From contig CM022671.1 in assembly GCA_012295275.1 (NCBI GenBank), positions 16,058,001-16,122,000 on the forward strand: a DNA stretch of 64,000 bases. Direction: 5' to 3'. Shown here one piece after another: positions 38,322-52,730 of this stretch; the stretch's first letter is position 1, and every line of letters starts with the position of its first letter. Under the pieces are notes generated by a model. It did not search any database. It saw only the letters and a program-made list of their open reading frames with translations, and had not been told where the DNA came from. Source of the DNA: Chrysomallon squamiferum (Eukaryota > Animalia > Mollusca). The translations under genes were made by a program, and so were the position numbers.

Positions 38322-41300
38322 GAAGAAGAAGAAGAAGAAGAAGAAGAACAAGAACAACAACAACAACAACAACGACAATAGCAACAGCATAACTAAAACA
38401 TTTAAATAAAGTAACAATTCCATGAGCATTTGAACAAAGGTCATATATTACAGGTACAAATGCTGTTCTAGGACGTGGACAGACAGATAACAGACGTGTA
38501 CACTAACAGTCGACGTTGTTGCACAGATTAGGAACACTTGATCTGACTCGGTCAGGGTTAATGAACTGTAGCAGGACATCTCCTTTCTGCTCGTGTTCAC
38601 ACTGATGTACCAAGTCGTCTACGCATGTCAGGAAACGCGACATGTGACCTCCGCTGAAAACAAAAACAGATAAACGATTATGTGTGATTAGGCGTTTGAT
38701 AATCCACGTCCCACTGGCTCGAACGAGAAAACAAAAAACCCAAAACAATAGCATTATTGTAATTGTTAGATTCTTTTTTTAAATTCACCAAATGAATATG
38801 AATTGACAATCTTTTAAATGGACTCATCAAGCTGAATAAATAAATAAAAAACATAATTATTTCTCTTCTGATACATTCATTATCACAGTGATTCCCATGC
38901 TTATTACATTTCCAAGGGGCCCTATTCTGTTGCAGCCATTTGGAAAGCTGATAGAGAATTTTGATTTTCAATCACATAGGAGAAATTATTAATTAAATAT
39001 TTTTGTCGCACAGAAATGACCACTACAGAAACAACAGCTTTATTCCGTTTTAAACGATAAATTGTCATATGGTTTGTGTTTGCATGTGTTTGTATAATGA
39101 TATCATAAGAAAACCAATAGGCTGCCAACGTTAATCAAGTAGCAGCAAGGGTTTTCTATATGTACGTTCTCACAGACAGCAAAATATTCTTAAAATTGTT
39201 TCATAAACCTGTTGTAGAGGACGTGTTGGAACGGTAAATAATGTAAATGAGTCTGCCGATGTTTGTGGATCATTTGTTATAACGGTAAATGATGCAGTGG
39301 ATGCACAGAGGTTGGAGCACGTGTTGGAGCAATTAATAATGTAAATAAGTCTATGAGGTTGTGGACCATTTGTTGAACGATATATAATGTAATGAGGATA
39401 TGGACCACTTGTTGGAACGGTAAATAATGTAATGAATATAATGAGGTTATTGAGCACTTGTTGAACGATAAATAATGTAACGAGCATACAGAGGTTAAGG
39501 AGCACTTGTTGGAACGGTAAATAATGTAATGAATATAATGAGGTTTTTGAGCACTTGTTGAACGATAAATAATGTAATGAGGATACAGAGATTGTAGAGC
39601 ACTTGTCAGAACAGTAAACAAGGTAAGTGAGTGTACCGATAATTGTGTGGCACTTCATGGAACAGAAAATAATGTAATGAGTGTACCGAGGTTGTGGAGC
39701 ACGTGCTAGAATGGTAAATAATGTAATGAGTGTACCGATAGATGTGGAGCATTTATTGGAACGGTAAACAATGTAAATAAGTGTACCGATAGTTGTGGGG
39801 CACTTGTTGGAACGGTAAATAATGTAACGAGTGCACACGATTGTGGAGGACTTATTGAAAAGGTAAACGATGTAATTTAGTGTACCGAGATCGTAGAGCA
39901 CTTGTTAGAACGGTAAAAATTGGAATAAATGTACAGAGGCTGACTAGTAACAGTACTGTGTGGAGTATTTGAGTAACTCACTCCTTGCAGTATTCTCTGA
40001 TCCTGCTGTAGTCCAGAGGCATGGATTCCATGGAGCCACCAAAAGACGTTGTACTGCCGCTTGTCACTCCCGAGGCCAGGTCGTTAAAACACTGAGACAC
40101 TTGTTGTATGATGTCGTCTGGACACGAACTGCACGTGCTAACCATACCTGTCAACACACAAACACTCACAGTTAATCGTATGAACGGTATAATTAACAAG
40201 ACTCCTACGCCATGTTAAATTCTGCGTCAGACACGCCCCCTACTTTTGTCAGAGAGCACGTTCATTTTTTGTTCTGTCTGTCTGTCTGTCTGAAAATGTT
40301 AAAGTTTCAAGTATGGTTAAGGACTGTGTAAATGAAGTATCATTTAACTTCGTACGTTTCATTTTGAGATCTAGTATCTTTATTTAAATTCAAAATTTTT
40401 GTCTTTAAAAGCTTGTTTTTCGTTATAATTATCTACATTTTATTTTATTATTTTCATCTCCGTTATCATATATATTCTGATCATTGTAGTTGTTTTAATT
40501 ATATTTATTGTACTTCTTTTTGCAGTTGTTATATTTGAGGTGCGAGTGTGTGGGAGTGTGTGAGTGTTCGTGTGTCATCGCTATATATATGTATATGTAT
40601 CAGTACATGCATGCATATGAGTATAGGTGTAAATATATACGTAGGTGAATACGTGATTCTTTTGTCTGAGTTTGTATGTCTGACTTGCTTTCATCGATTA
40701 ATATTATTCATTTTGAATTATCGCAATCATTTATCAACAATATACAAATAAAAAATACAGGTTTTACTAAAACTAAATTCTACAAGCACGTAAACATATA
40801 CACGCCTGACATATTCTTTTTGTCTGTTAGAAAACACATAAATCACAATCACTCGGAACACAAGTCCCAGTTGTGCAGTTGCTGTCTGAATGGTATTTTA
40901 CTTGCGTGCATTTGCTTACGCTCGTCTGTTTCATATTGACGTAAAATTTGATACGAGAATAAAGAACGCGTTGAACAAGATCGTAATAACAACGTGTACA
41001 GTTTATTCTTTTTCTCCCTTTCAGAAAAAAAAGAAGTCGCGTTTAACGTAATCCTTGTCATAAAGTCTGTTATGTGTCTTCTGACCCACTGCAAAATATT
41101 TCAACACCTTCTTTTCCAATTGAAATTTTAAAAAAATATCATTATCCCTACATATATATGCTGTTTGTATTATGTATATTTTTTATATTATTATTTTATT
41201 ATTATTATTTTTTTTTTTTTTTTTTTTTTTTTTAGGGGAGCATTAATCTGTTTAAAAGAATATAAAGAGGTGTTTGAATCTGTTATTTATTTGTATTTTG

Positions 41301-43538
41301 TCACATGTTTAGAAAGTACTTTGAACATTTTGTTATTTATACACAGCGTCTGATTACAAATACTTCGCAGTTAGCGTTAAAGAATGAATAAAAAGAGATC
41401 AGTTTGTTTTCTAAATAGTTTCTTGTAGAGTTGTTCATCTAAATCTGTGTTTTTAGTTTAAACTGAAGAATTAATCTGCTCGACGGAAAACATTAATGAT
41501 GACAACAACAATAAAACTAGTTCACCGGAATCTAGTTAAATAGATTTAGGAATGAATCTACTCGAGAGGACAAACATACGACGAAGATGACAACAACAAC
41601 AAAACGTGTTCGCTTGAATCTAGTTAAATAGATATAACAATTTATCTATGCGAGAAGGAAGAATGTAACGTCGATGAACAAGAACAACGCAAAAATAATA
41701 TATGGCAAGTTAATGTTTTATTAGTTGATTTATAAAACAAGATCAGTTTCTGAATAGCTTTTACTATGCTATTTGTTGACCTTAACCTGAGATGTTTTTC
41801 ATTAAATAGATGTAAGAATTAATTTACTCGAGAGAAAAAGGTATGATGACGACGACAACGACGACGACTGCAATAACGACTATAACAATATGACAAGTTA
41901 ACGATTCAGTAGTTCATTTAGCTTATAATTAAAACTTGTATCACTTTTTAATAGCTAGATAGGTTTCTGTGTTTCTGTGTGTGTTTGTGTGTGTGTGTCT
42001 ATCTGTCTCTGTGTGTTAATGTCTGTGTATGTGTGTTTGTAAAAGTCCAGAAATAACTCTTGATCTAACGACATAATACACGAAGTAAACCACGTCGTTA
42101 CGAAGTGAACGTCAAATTTTAACGCTTGTTACGACATCACGTAGACAAATCGCTGATAATCTCTTGTCAAACAATCATTACGCAATCAGCAACATTGACG
42201 TAACAGACCTACGAGACTCAGTCTACAAGACACAAGTAAAAACACGTCGTACATGCCTTCACCTTCCGCTTTCTGTTTGTTCAGAAAAGATTTACAGATG
42301 TTTCCCAATGTCTTATTTAATCCTAGAATTTCAAAGCAAATACTCCCTTTGTTTCGTCTCGCTTTTGTCCGTCCACGTAAAACAAGATCTGCGACAGACG
42401 TAAAGTAAAAATTTTTTAAAAAGTCCTCTTTCGATTCAGGTTAATTTACGTGCATGAGAATGGTTTTGTTTATATGACTAGGCAAGAATGTCATTTAAAA
42501 TTTGCATGTTTTGTTTTACAACGAGAAAATATTTTAGGTTTAAAACTTTATTTTTTTTTCAGTTACGCAGATTTTCTCAGTAATATGCATTTAAAGGATT
42601 AAGAACTATCTAATCCAGCTGCTAGAAGGAAACCTAAGTTAATATTTTCACGTAAGTCACAGAATTTTTGTTCATCGTCACAAGGATGTAAAAATTATGT
42701 GAATTTAAAAAAGGGTTTTGAATGTCTATGTAATCTAGTAATTCAGTTTTCAAACGTTTCTTTTTGTGTGGTTACGAAGTTTGAAATATTAAAATAAAAC
42801 AACAGTTGTTTTTTTCTTTTTTCCTTTTCTTTCCTTTTTCTTTTTTTCTTTTCTTTCCTCCTGTCTTTCTTTTTTCTTTTTTTTTGTTTTTATTTGCACA
42901 TTTTATTTCACAATTCTTTTCCCTCTTGTTTTCACTCACGTTCTTTATTCCTTTTTTTCTTTCTTTTTCCTTTTATTTATTACTATTCTTTTCTTATTTA
43001 TTTCTGTACATTTCTTTCCCTCTTTTTTACTTTTCTTTCCTTTCCTTCTTTCTTTCATGTTATTTTTCTCTTTACTTCTGTTATTTCTTCAGTGATCTCA
43101 ATGTACTGTTTACTTGTCTGGTTTTTTCGTACTCGCTGGCTTTTTGTTACAACAGGAAAAGTGATCTACATTATAAATATCAGAACATACTGCCTGTTCT
43201 GCAATCTCAACATTCCAAACATCAAAACAGAGATTATTCTCAGGTATGCGTAAACCAGCGCTCTACAACTGCCTTTCAAAGCTGTGGTACGTGTTTCCCC
43301 TCTACTGGAATGATGTTCTTACAGATGCCGGTATTCGTGAAACTCCGACAGCGGGTTTCCTCTCAGGTGTATAAACTGTACCTTAATGATAACTGAAGGA
43401 CGTGGCACATAGGACTGAACGTTTCATATGTAAATATAATCATCATAGCTAACAGTAATACACAGTGATAGATAATCTTTTGAAGTTTCGTTAAACATTC
43501 TAAGTGTTCGTCTTCCAGTTATAAATTATTTTATTTTA

Positions 43539-43591
<53 letters not shown>

Positions 43592-46500
43592 AGGATTAGT
43601 ATTTGTTATGGTGATAAAACAGTTAAAATAGTTGCAGTGATGGAAAATATTACTCGTAACGGATTAAATGGGGTTTAATAATAATATTACTAATAATAAC
43701 AATAAAATAAAAAAAGAAAGAAAGAAAGAAAGAAAGAAAGAAAAAGATATCTGCTACATGTGTATAACCTATCATATTCTGAGTGATATTCGAGTTGAAC
43801 TGGATATTATCCAACGATGAAGAGATAGCAGTATACTGTGAACAGACAAACACTGTAAAATTTATAATTTCAAATTATAAACCTTTACATAATTGTTTCG
43901 GAACACTCGATCTTACCTAAAGCATAATTCACCCCTGCTGCTTACAGCAAGGAACTGAGTGTGCTGCTGTTTGCGAAGTGTTGTTTACTGGGTGTATCAT
44001 TATCTGTTGTGTCGTGATCGATGTTAGAACAATGTCAATGTTTAGCTGCTGACAAACTGGACAAACACCGTTACACACAGGATCGTGACCGTGTTGGTTT
44101 TATCTGTCCACTTTAATTAATCTCCACGTGACTCTGAGTTAGATACTATTTCTTTCTTCTTGTATCCTCAGTTTAATTAAACATCACGTGACTCTGAGTT
44201 AGATACTATTTCTTTCTTCTTGTATCCTCAGTTTAATTAAACATCACGTGACTCCGTTTAATTAATCATCACGTGACTCTGAGTTAGATACTATTTCTTT
44301 CTTCTTGTATCATCAGTTTAATTAATCATCACGTGACTCTGAGTTAGATACTATTTCTTTCTTCTTGTATCCTCAGTTTATCATCACGTTTAAATGATCC
44401 GTTTAATTAATCATCACGTGACTCGGAGTTAGATACTATTTCTTTCTTCTTTGAATCAACGTTAACTCCACGTGACTCTGAGTTAGATACTATTTCTTTC
44501 TTCTTGTATCCTCAGTTTAATTAAACATCAGTTTAATTACATCTCTCTTCTTGTATCCTCAGTTTAATTAATCTCCACGTGACTCGGAGTTAGGTACTAT
44601 TTCTTTCTTCTTGTATCATCAGTTTAATTAAACATCACGTGACTCTGAGTTAGATACTATTTCTTTCATCTTGTATCCTCAGTTTAATTAATCATCACGT
44701 GACTCGGAGTTAGATACTATTTCTTTCTTCTTGTATCATCAGTTTAATTAAACATCACGTGACTCTGAGTTAGATACTATTTCTTTCATCTTGTATCCTC
44801 AGTTTAATTAATGAACAACGTGACTCTGAGTAAAATACCATTTCTCTTTTCTTGAATCATCAGCTTAATTAATGATCACGTGACTGAGTTAGGTACTATT
44901 TCTTTCTTCTTGATCCGTTTAATTAAACATCACGTATCATCAGTTTAACTAATCATCACGTGAGTTAGGTACTATTTCTTTCTTCTTGTATCATCAGTTT
45001 AACTTGAATTAGATACATCCGTTTAATTAAAGATCTAATCATCCGTTTAATCCTCAGTTTAATTAATGAACAACGTGACTCTGAGTAAAATACTATTTCT
45101 CTTTTCTTGAATCATCAGCTTAATTAATGATCACGTGACTGAGTTAGGTACTATTTCTTTCTTCTTGATCCGTTTAACTAATCATCACGTGACTCTGAGT
45201 TAGGTACTATTTCTCTCTTCTTGTATCCTCAGTTTAATTAATCACCACGTTAGTAATTGTAAAAAAAATAAGCACAGCTGGAAATAATGCTAGTAAATTA
45301 ATCGATGTTGAAACGGACGAATCACCTGATTTGTTTCTTCAGTAGATGACACTGAAATGTCACCTTTGTTTTAAACTGTGTTTTAGCGAAGTTTTGCAGT
45401 TTTGACGAAATAGATTATATTTACAGTTTATTTCAAACACTGCGCCAAACCTCACCCACATATCTTATTATGTACACACCAGCTAACGCAAACGGCGAAA
45501 GGTTTGTTTTCCTTTTGACAATCTAGTGTTCCATTGTGAACAAACTGAAAAAACAAATCTGTTTTTCTGTAAAGAAGCAAAGGAAGGATATAAAAAATAA
45601 ATGTTCTTGTTATGACTTAATAAATCACTTAACGAAATGTTTAATATCAGTACAGTCATACTAAAGTAATTTTTTCTCAGTGTGTATGTATAATACATTT
45701 TTATACTCAAAATTCTGTTTGTATATATCATTTATGATTAATAGCATTGCAGCTATGTAATTTTGTATTCGTGGAAATGGAATGACACATAATATATAAG
45801 ATTATTTATTTTAAATGGAATTTTTCAATGTTTTTTTTTTTTTTGGCTTCTGGGTTAGCTGCGTGAAATGTTTGAAATTATATTAAATGCAGTTGCCTTT
45901 GAAAATATTCTATTTCACTTAATTTGGATGATTTAGACAGAGTCATATTTTGAATGACTTAAAATGTCATAAAATAATTTTAATAGCAGTTGCTTTTGAA
46001 TTTTTTTTTTTTTTTAAAGATTTAGAGATAGTGATATCTTGAACTGTTCACTGTTGTGACAGAGTTTTCTTTATAAATTAAAACTATTCAGCATTAATTC
46101 TATTGACATCTGGTCTTCTGTAACTCGTTCGGTTTTATTTTTTGTTTTGTTTATCATGGCCATGTTTATTATTTTATTTTATTTTATTTTTTTCACGGAG
46201 GAGGTGCTGTTCAGTCTCGCAGGCAGCTTGGAATGTAGCAGACAAATTTTAAAAATAAACTCATAACACAACCGAGGGTGTCATGGAAACAATACTACAA
46301 CTGTCACGGAACACGTATTTTTCATTTCACACTTGTTCCTGTCAGTTGACTTTGCCGAGTGCTAGAATTCCCGTCATTTTCAGAGTTCTGTCTCTTTCAT
46401 CATCATGGTCATCTTTGTTTGTGGTGTCAGCGAGGAGAATTTCTCTCATTTCGCAGAGTTCCGATATTTCCGGAGAACTGATTTTCCGAACGCTAACATC

Positions 46501-48016
46501 AGGATTAAAAATTGTTTCTGCAACAGGTTGTTTGATGTTATTTTGTTTTTTAAACCGCGATACGTTGAAGACAAACTATTTTTGAAATGTATCCTTCCTT
46601 CTGACTTAACTCAAACAAGAAACAAATACGAGATGTATTTTAAGTGTTCACAGAAGTGACCTTTTAGTCACTTGTTTAAATAATTATTTTCACCTGTTAA
46701 ATAAAACTGTACAGAAAAAAGAGACAGAAAGAAAATGAAAAAAATTTAAAAAAAAATCTTTTTAGGTACTTATTACATTAAGTTATGCAAGTTAACAAAC
46801 ACGAAGATATTTTTGATAACTAGAAATAAATTGCAAATTATGAAATTATCACATTTTCAAATGTTTTTTTTTTTTTTTTTTTTTTTTTATATATACCAGG
46901 ACAAAAATCTATAAACAGTAACTTGTGCTTTGTTAATAACGGATTCTCCTTTACATCTTGATATTGTAAACTGTGTAATGCAATGAATATTTTATGTATG
47001 TATATATAAATATATGCTCATTCAATGTCATTCTTTTTTAACCTGCAAACTTTCCAACACTGTACATAAAAACTTAATAAAAAATTCAAAAATCTTATCA
47101 AAAATCCTAATATGTTATTAAATTACAGAATTCAAATTCTTATCATCAGATTTAACGCAATAACTTGATTTGTAGAAGAACAACAACAACAAAAAAGTGT
47201 AAATATTTGGACGTGTTCAACACGAACCTACATGCACTCAGTTTGGTGCGTACATTGACAGGTTAGACTGACGTCACCTAGTTCACGAATAACCACTGAT
47301 TCAGTTATACACGTTAGAAACAAGATCACGGTGACTTTCAGAAACAACGTTAGATATGTGTGTAACAGTAAATTGCGGACATACAGAAATACGTTTTCAG
47401 ATGATAAAACAAGAATCATTCATCCCAGCCAGTGTTTTTATAACACGTCAGCTCAGTACAACAAAGCAGGATTAATGGCGGCGTTCGTCTAATGTCGTAA
47501 CAGCCATAATTTTGTATTTATTCTTCGTATTCAGTAAATGTTGATTTTAACGTTTAATATTTTAAATTTACAAACGTATTTAGTCTATCAATTCATTGCG
47601 TGTAAGTTTTAAATTTTGATTAATAATAACCGTAATGTCTTTTTTTTTTTTTTAAATATAAATTATATATGTCAAATACATCAGGTTTAGCCTTGTTTTT
47701 TTATATTTATTTTATTTTAAATAATAATCTTTAAATTATAGAACATATCCTGTTACTAAAGCATCGAAAAGAAAGTGAAGCAGAGCTGTATAATCAAAAT
47801 TAAAAATATATCACCTTTAAACGAACGATTAAATAAGACATTTTAAATAAGCAGAAATCGAAAAGAAACAAAAAGAAAATTCTGAAAAAGCCAATCCTAT
47901 CAGAAAAAAAAAATCTTTGACAAAAACGAGACGACGTCAAATTAAAAACGATACTTACATAATAACAACAACAACACCAAGCTCAGTAAAGACGTTGTCG
48001 TCTGTTCGGTGTCCAT
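36938..48016 (-). CDS. Cys-rich secreted, probably GPI-anchored protein, 294 aa (DUF19/T20D4.11-like helical fold suspected)
   Basis: Exons 48016-47959 (MDTEQTTTSLLSLVLLLLL, T|gtaagt), 40147-39982, 38653-38508, 37936-37798 and 37313-36938 join in phases 1,2,1,2 into an open 885-nt frame. It has about 13 regularly spaced Cys, a Pro/Ser/Thr stalk and a hydrophobic C-terminus (TSGA...SVVLSVSLLVNVFFFFICIMH) with no cytoplasmic tail. Confidence 0.8.
39200..39920. repeat. ~60-bp minisatellite, ~12 copies, intronic
   Basis: Unit approx GAGCACTTGTTGGAACGGTAAATAATGTAATGAGTGTACCGAGGTTGTG plus variable bases. Confidence 0.9.
41400..41950. repeat. Old degenerate tandem repeat
   Basis: About four recurrences of TAAATAGAT..AAGAAT.AAT.TACTCGAGAG..GACGA.GA.GACAAC. 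Confidence 0.55.
43250..43395 (+). mobile_element. Degenerate SINE-like fragment
   Basis: ccagcgctctacaactg..tcaaagctgtggtacgtg..gacagcgggtttcctctc resembles, from memory, the conserved central domain of molluscan/DeuSINE-type (Nin) SINEs; motif shared with 9247-9264. Confidence 0.45.
44105..45250. repeat. ~59-bp minisatellite, ~19 copies, in intron 1 of the Cys-rich gene
   Basis: Unit GTTTAATTAATCATCACGTGACTCTGAGTTAGATACTATTTCTTTCTTCTTGTATCCTCA, head-to-tail, with some truncated copies. Confidence 0.95.
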
Positions 48017-50156
48017 GTCGTTCGTTTCACGAGCAGTTCCAGAGAGATGTGGTTCAAATTAAGATGTCAGCGTTGGCCACGATCACGCGCTGTTTGAGAA
48101 GACGTGTCGTTGGCGTCGCAGCAGAAAGACAATGGTGGACAAACAAAGCCGGGACAAACAGAGAGAGACGAGAAGAACAAGAAGGGACATTGTATCTGAC
48201 ATTATTGACTAGAAAATTCCTCGTCCTATCCTTGGCGGTCCAGATTGGTTGTTTTGTTGTTGTTGTTTTTTTTTGAATTTTGAATTTTAAATTTTGAAAA
48301 TGTGATATAAAAATTATTTTTGGTGACTGTTTTTTTTTTTTTTTTTTTTACGTTTTGACAAAATTGCAGGTTTAATGAAGGTGTAATGTGTTTTTATTTC
48401 AAATTAAATAACTGACGCTTAATGAAAATAAATTGTTTTGTTTTATTTTTTTTTTTTTTTTATTTTTTATTTTTTTATTTTGTATAGGCATGTAACTGTT
48501 TTTCGATCAAATAATTTATTAACTTAATTCTAAATGAAACTGTTAAAGAAATCTTGACTTTATCTTCTAAATAATAAGAGATTGGCTGATAAATAGAAAG
48601 ACTGAGAGAGAGAGAGAGAAAAGAGAAAGATGGAATAATGGGAGAGACATAGAGAGAGAGAGAGAGGATGGAATAGAGAGATGAAAAACGAAAGAAAGAA
48701 AAGAAGGAAGAAATTAAAAAAGAGGGAGTGAGAGAAGAGGGAAGGAAATGCAAAAATAGTTCATTCACACGTGTTATTTTAAGAATTATTTTAACATATG
48801 ATTACTTTTAAACATATTTTAAATTATACACTTACACATAGAGACATATATATATATATATATACACACAAACACACACACATACACACATACATACTTA
48901 CATATATGGAAACTCGCAGAAACATACACACACATATATACACACACATGCACATATATACATATACATATACACATATACACATACATACACTATTATA
49001 ATAAGAAAAACATTAAAAAAATATATAAAGGGAACAAATTAAAGAAATAAAATGACTAAAAAGAGTAGCTATTTTAAAGATAATTTAACGAAATATTTTA
49101 AACATTCTTTGCATTCCATTATTTTCTTTCAGTGTTAAAGCCAGGATTAAACGAAAATCTTATGTAAATTAGCAAAAAAAATTAAACATTTGCATAATGT
49201 GATTCTTATCCTTGAGAAAAATAATTATTAACATTGAGATATGTACAGATCATTTAGTGACAATGATGATTAAAACACGAGGGGTTATTATCATTATCAT
49301 TATCATTATTGTTATCATTATTATTATTATTAATATTATTATCAGTTGTTATTGTAGTATTGTTTATTATTATTATTATTATTAGTAGTAGTAGTAGTAG
49401 TATTTTATTATATATAGTAGTCTTACTGTTTTGTATTAGTAGTAGTAGTATTTTATTATATGTTAATATTCTTACTGTTTTTACTACTATTACTTTGCTA
49501 CTAAAAATATTTTACTACTATACTACTATTACTACTACTACTACTGCTACTACTTTTCTGCTAAGACAATTATTACTACTATTACTACTACTATTAATTA
49601 TACTATCTACTACTACTATTTTCTACTACTTACTTTTATTACTATTAATACTCCTACTAATACTACCACTAATACTATTACTACTTATATTACCTCTACT
49701 ACCTCTACTACTACAATCTTTTCTACTACTACTACTACTGTTATTGTTATTATTCAAATAACTGTTTGCTTTTCGATCTCCAAGAAGGTTTCTCTATAAC
49801 TGAGCTCACAATATTTAAAATATTTTAATTCGACCTTGTTCATTATCTCGTCTGTTTCAGTCAAGGTTGAATAATCACGCCGTGACGTGACACTTTTTTC
49901 ACGTGTAATGTAATCAGTGCAACACAAACAAAAGATTTTTTTTTCTCTTTTGTCAGAGGAAATGGGCCATTTCTGACATGCAGACAGGGAATGTGCGACC
50001 ACAAGCAGAGTTTTGTTCATCAATGAATCTTCTGTGGCATTCTTTTAAAACTAAAAAAAGTAGAATTTAATTTCTTTTTTAATTTTTGTTTCTTCATATC
50101 TTTTTATGTGTTTGTGCGCGTGCGCGCACCTATGTGTGTGTGTGTGTGTATGTGTG

Positions 50157-50204
<48 letters not shown>

Positions 50205-50378
50205 AGTGTACTCAAGAATATCTAGGATCGTTGTAAATTGTTAAGTATATATTTAATAGTAACCTTTATTAACATATTGCTTCTGACAACATGTGCATTT
50301 TCTTTTCTGTTTTGTTTCTGTCTTTCTGTCTATCATTTCCTGCCTCCTTTCCTCCGATCTCTCCTTCTTCTTTTCCTG

Positions 50379-50480
<102 letters not shown>

Positions 50481-51796
50481 GTATAAAGCTAGAAAGTTCA
50501 TTTGATTGCGGAAAGCGCACTTTTATTTTTAATAAATTTTGTATTTATTTTATTCTTGTGTTTCTTTGTTTTGTTTGGTGTTTATCGATTTTGAAGCCAT
50601 AAAATAAATAAATCGATAATCTGAAAATATACTAAAAAAGTTTGGCCATTTATACGTGTCGCTGGAAGCACATTCAGAAGAGATTAATTTCTTCTTTTTT
50701 TTTTCTTTTTTTTTTAATGTTGGTTTTAATAATAGGTTGGAGTTAAGAAAGATAACAAAGCACATATGCTGACTGTAAAAGCATAAAATGTATACTATAT
50801 CTTTCAAAACTTAATATAATCATTATTATCAAAAACAAAACAATCACTCTTATTTTTTTTCTCCGTCTTTTATATTTTATTTTTTATTATTTGGTTTTAA
50901 TAAAGAAAGGTAACAAAGTTCCACCCGGATGTCTATAAAAGTATAACCATAAATGATATATCTGACTTCTCAATATAATATTATTATCTAAACAAAACAG
51001 TCACTGTTCTGCGTCCTGTATATATTACGTTTATTAAATTACCCGTTAAATTAAATGAAGATCACTGTGACAAAGCGTTATGAAAAAGCTGATTCATTCC
51101 CACAAAAGACTATCAGCTGATATCTCCCGTACTGACAATACATTTCAAATAACGAACAAAGCAGGCATACCTACGTGTCGATGATATCTGCAATCAAATC
51201 ATTTTGATACTGGCATACAGCCTATTATACCCAGAAACAATAGTTATTTTTCACGATCATTATTTCTTTTTCTGTATTTCTCTGACATTTAACGCACGCT
51301 ATACCACTGAATATCTGCTGTCACTATTTGCAGGTGCAATATATTTATAACGTAAAAAAAAATAAAATTAAAAGACCTTAATGACCTTCACTCCCTGGCT
51401 TTGTCCTTCACCCCTCCCGTGAGTATGGTTTGGCGTCGTGACAGATTTTTTTATTATTATTCAAACGACCAACGTCTTTGAGGACAAAGCTAACGAAGCA
51501 GTAATTAATGCATTAGGATCGATTACGACCAGGGATTAACGAGGAATGCTTTGTGCTTCGTTAGGTATATCCCGAAACACAACGACAGCTCGCATAATTC
51601 ACAATCTCTACCTCCGTTAGACTTTTTTCCCCATTCCAAACAGTGTTTCCATAACATGATTTGTCTTTCTAGTTTTAGGGAACAGGTCCATGAATTACAA
51701 AAATTCTGTAGCTGATGATTGATAAAAAGTAGCTCATGAAATGTTCTGTCAGTGCAGTTAGAAACACCTAATATTTATATGGAAAATACAAAATAC

Positions 51797-51830
<34 letters not shown>

Positions 51831-51951
51831 TTATTTATTTATTATTTTCATTATGTGTATAAGGCTTTTGAGGTTTTTTTTTATGGTTTTATCTTTTTTT
51901 TCTTTCTGTATTTTTTCTTCTTTTTTCTTTCTTTCTTTTTTTTTTTTTCCT

Positions 51952-52003
<52 letters not shown>

Positions 52004-52308
52004 TTGGTTATGTTTGTTTTTGGTTTGGTTTTCACATAAAACTGTTCTGGATGTTTTGGCCAAACTGAATCACTGCTCCTGCTCGTTTAACTGGGATTTC
52101 CTTTCATATCCACTTTTCCATGAACGGCGTATCATACAAAGATTTACGAGGAACGCTACACGTATTAAACAGATATCAAAGAAACCTGACATTCCCGAAA
52201 CTGGCAACCAATAATTTAATATTTGTATACTGCAATATAAAAAAAATAATTGTTTATCTATAAACACAAAAAAAAAATAGGGAATATGTTTTATTCTAGA
52301 TTATATAC

Positions 52309-52351
<43 letters not shown>

Positions 52352-52680
52352 CGCTGGTGCGCATGTATTGTTATTTTATGCTATAAAAAAAATTATTTGG
52401 ATAAAGCAAACTTTTATTAATATTTCTAATATTTCTAATATCAGAAGAAAATCTTGCAAATCTGAAGACGGAAATATTATCCTCGTCATCATCCTAAAAT
52501 AAAAATATAAATCAAAGCCAAATAAAATAGAAAATCGCAGATAAACAGAGAAAAATTATCAAATAGATCTGAAGTCTAAAAACAGAGTAAGGGATCAGAC
52601 TGAATTTAAAATTATCTGTTTTTATTTTTTGGACAAATTGGCTTCTTCTTTACAACTGTGTTTAGCTCGGGAAACTAGAT

Positions 52681-52730
<50 letters not shown>

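Noticed and set aside
42806-43396. 196-aa Phe-rich ORF
   Set aside because: A pyrimidine-rich low-complexity tract running into a SINE-like fragment, antisense within an intron.
44105-45250. CRISPR-like array
   Set aside because: Units are head-to-tail with no unique spacers, there are no cas genes, and the context is a eukaryotic intron.
46283-46659. Two overlapping non-repetitive ORFs
   Set aside because: No recognisable motif or convincing splice signals; antisense inside an intron.
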